NCBI GenBank assembly: GCA_964617525.1
Contig: CAZTWG010000037.1
Span: 1 to 6,398 of the forward strand
Origin: an uncultured Gammaproteobacteria bacterium
GTDB lineage: Bacteria > Patescibacteriota > Patescibacteriia > UBA2591 > UBA6264
Length of the DNA stretch: 6,398 bases
Direction: 5' to 3'
Shown here piece by piece: positions 4,710 to 6,398 of this stretch. Every line of letters starts with the position of its first letter. Position 1 is the stretch's first letter. Under the pieces are notes generated by a model that saw nothing but the letters and a program-made list of their open reading frames with translations, was not told where the DNA came from and searched no databases. The translations under genes and the position numbers were made by a program.

Positions 4710-6280
4710 TGGCGAAAATTTCTAAATTACAAAAAACTATTGCTGGCGGAGCAATGATTATTGCTCTTTTTTCTATTTTGAGTCGTTTATTAGGTCTTCT
4801 TAGAGACAGGTTGTTAAGTAGCACTTTTGGCGCTGGTGAAGTTTTGGACGCTTATTACGCAGCATTTAGGTTGCCTGATTTAATTTTCAATACATTAATT
4901 TTAGGCGCTTTGTCTTCGGCTTTTATCCCCATTTTCTTAAAGTATTGGAATAAGAATAAAGAAGAGGCATGGAATATTACAAACTCAGTTTTTAATATTT
5001 TATTTTTGATTGTTTTGGTTTTAGGTCTAGTGGCCTTTGCTCTCGCCCCTTCAATTATTAAATATTTGGTTCCAGGCTTTGATTTAGAAACTCAATCTTT
5101 AACAATTTCCTTGACTAGAATAATGCTAATTGGCATTTTGTTTTTTACCTGTAGTAATATTGCTAGCAGTGTTTTAAATTCTTTTAGGCGATTTTTAGCT
5201 TATAGTCTAGCCCCTTTAATGTATAATTTAGGCATTATTTTTGGAATTGTTTTTTTGGTTCCTAAGACTTCATTGGGTTTAAATGGTTTGGCGTGGGGTG
5301 TTGTTTTGGGTGCGGCTGGTCATTTTTTGATTCAAGTCCCAGCCTTATTAAAGGTTGGATATCGTTGGAAACCAGTTATAAAATCTCATCCAGCGATAAA
5401 AAGGATAATTACTCTTATGTTGCCTCGTTCTTTTGGGTTAGCAGTTGGTCAATTAAATTTTGTGGTTACTACTTTAGTTGCTTCTACTGTAACTGTTGGG
5501 GCAGTGGCGATTTATAGCTTGGCGTTTAATTTGTTTAATGTTCCAGTTGGTATTTTTGGTATTTCTTTGGCCATTTCTATTTTCCCCGCTTTAAGTAAAA
5601 GTTTTGCGATTGGAGATAAAAAAACCTTTATTTCCCAAATGTCAAAAACAATTTGCAGAATTCTATATCTAATTATTCCTATTACTGCTATTTATCTTGC
5701 ATTACGAACACAAATCGTTCGTTTGATTTTGGGGTCTGGTGTTTTTTCTTGGCGAGATACGGTTTTAACTGCTAGTGCTTTAGGGTTTTTTTCAATTTCG
5801 CTTTTGTCCCAAAGCTTAATTCCAATTTTTTCAAAAGCTTTCTATGCGACTCATGATACCTTAACTCCAGTTAAGATAGCGATTGTTAGTTTTATTGTTA
5901 ATATAATTGGTTGTTTCGTTTTGGGTCCTTCTATGGGAGTTGGTGGATTGGCTCTGGCTTTTTCTTTAGCTTCTTTTATAAATTTAATTTTACTGTATTA
6001 TTTTTTTCACAAGAAAATATTACCTTTGCCAAATAAAAAATTATGGTGGAGCTTTTTGAGAGCAATGGGGCTTTCTTTGATAATGTTGATAGTTGTTCAA
6101 TTAAGTAAGAGTTTAGTTGGTTCTTTGGTTAATATGCAAACTTTTATAGGAGTTTCAACCCAAACTATTGTTGCAGCTACAACTGGGTTTTTGTTTTATT
6201 TTATAGTTAGTTTACTTCTGCATTTCCCAGAAGTAGAAATAATTACTCAATTTTTAAAAAGAAAACAAAATAGAGTTTAA
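4706..6280 (+). CDS. murJ: Lipid II flippase MurJ (MviN, MOP superfamily; 524 aa)
   Basis: SRLLGLLRDRLLSSTFGAGEVLDAYYAAFRLPDLIFNTLILGALSSAFIPIF aligns with the E. coli MurJ N-terminus ([35 protein letters not shown]...AFSQAFVPIL). The rest of the protein is highly hydrophobic and consistent with many TM helices. Its ATG overlaps the GT stop codon as ATGA at 4706-4709. Confidence 0.93.
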   Translation: MMAKISKLQKTIAGGAMIIALFSILSRLLGLLRDRLLSSTFGAGEVLDAYYAAFRLPDLIFNTLILGALSSAFIPIFLKYWNKNKEEAWNITNSVFNILFLIVLVLGLVAFALAPSIIKYLVPGFDLETQSLTISLTRIMLIGILFFTCSNIASSVLNSFRRFLAYSLAPLMYNLGIIFGIVFLVPKTSLGLNGLAWGVVLGAAGHFLIQVPALLKVGYRWKPVIKSHPAIKRIITLMLPRSFGLAVGQLNFVVTTLVASTVTVGAVAIYSLAFNLFNVPVGIFGISLAISIFPALSKSFAIGDKKTFISQMSKTICRILYLIIPITAIYLALRTQIVRLILGSGVFSWRDTVLTASALGFFSISLLSQSLIPIFSKAFYATHDTLTPVKIAIVSFIVNIIGCFVLGPSMGVGGLALAFSLASFINLILLYYFFHKKILPLPNKKLWWSFLRAMGLSLIMLIVVQLSKSLVGSLVNMQTFIGVSTQTIVAATTGFLFYFIVSLLLHFPEVEIITQFLKRKQNRV

Positions 6281-6288
6281 GCAAAAAT

Positions 6289-6322
6289 ATCACTACAAGG
6301 TCTAATCTTCTGGTGATTTTTT
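6289..6322 (+). terminator. Candidate terminator 1 after murJ
   Basis: ATCACTA (6289-6295) pairs with TGGTGAT (6311-6317), including one G-U pair, around a 15-nt loop. A T6 run follows at 6317-6322. The stem is weak. Confidence 0.4.
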
Positions 6323-6325
6323 AAT

Positions 6326-6360
6326 GGTTGACTATAGGGGTCAACCACTTAAGTTTTTTT
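6326..6360 (+). terminator. Candidate terminator 2 after murJ
   Basis: GGTTGAC (6326-6332) pairs with GTCAACC (6340-6346) around a 7-nt loop. A T7 run follows at 6354-6360, after a 7-nt spacer. Confidence 0.55.
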
Positions 6361-6362
6361 AT

Positions 6363-6390
6363 TTGACAAAATAAAACCACGTATTATAAT
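6363..6390 (+). promoter_or_regulatory. Consensus sigma70-type promoter firing out of the window
   Basis: TTGACA (6363-6368) is separated by a 16-bp spacer from TATAAT (6385-6390). Both hexamers are perfect consensus, and the element sits directly after the terminators. The driven gene lies beyond position 6398. Confidence 0.65.
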
Positions 6391-6398
6391 ATTAATAT

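Noticed and set aside
5293-5517. 74-aa + strand ORF in an alternative frame within murJ
   Set aside because: It is fully nested in murJ in a different frame. The Cys/Trp/Ser/Phe-rich translation looks like out-of-frame noise from a T/G-rich membrane-protein gene, and the murJ frame is continuous and homologous throughout.
1-6398. Alternative genetic code, mobile element, CRISPR array or defence island
   Set aside because: TAG, TAA and TGA each terminate a full-length, homologous ORF, so there is no sign of stop-codon reassignment. I recognised no repeat-spacer array, no transposase, integrase or recombinase motifs, and no nuclease, ATPase, toxin or other defence-type proteins. All five proteins have housekeeping-type identities.

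Overview
This is an AT-rich window in which all five convincing genes lie on the + strand and all concern cell-envelope or secretion housekeeping. The standard genetic code applies, since TAG, TAA and TGA all act as stops. The first unit (183-752) is a self-contained monocistronic gene for a DUF218/YdcF-like protein, with its own AGGAGG ribosome-binding site and a strong 13-bp-stem terminator. The second is an apparent four-gene operon, secD (948-2570), secF (2638-3513), a GT-B family 4 glycosyltransferase (3612-4709) and murJ (4706-6280). I see no convincing terminator between these four genes, and two tandem terminators follow murJ. I found no integrase, transposase, CRISPR array, tRNA or rRNA gene, toxin-antitoxin pair or recognisable defence gene, so most of the window is ordinary core genome. 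By style it could be Patescibacteria/CPR-like or another AT-rich monoderm-like lineage, but the lineage cannot be fixed from this window. Four things deserve a second look. (1) SecD carries a complete parvulin (PpiC-type) peptidyl-prolyl isomerase domain inside its extracytoplasmic P1 loop. (2) The motif order in that domain suggests a circular permutation, because the ASHIL strand follows the GYHII strand instead of preceding it. (3) The secF and glycosyltransferase start codons are each preceded by a G-free leader built from the same three AATYAAC heptamers, with no Shine-Dalgarno sequence. (4) A sharp-edged 24-bp exact direct repeat brackets the DUF218 gene unit, and its second copy overlaps the putative secD promoter. 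All functional calls rest on my recognition of motifs in the supplied translations; no database search was run.
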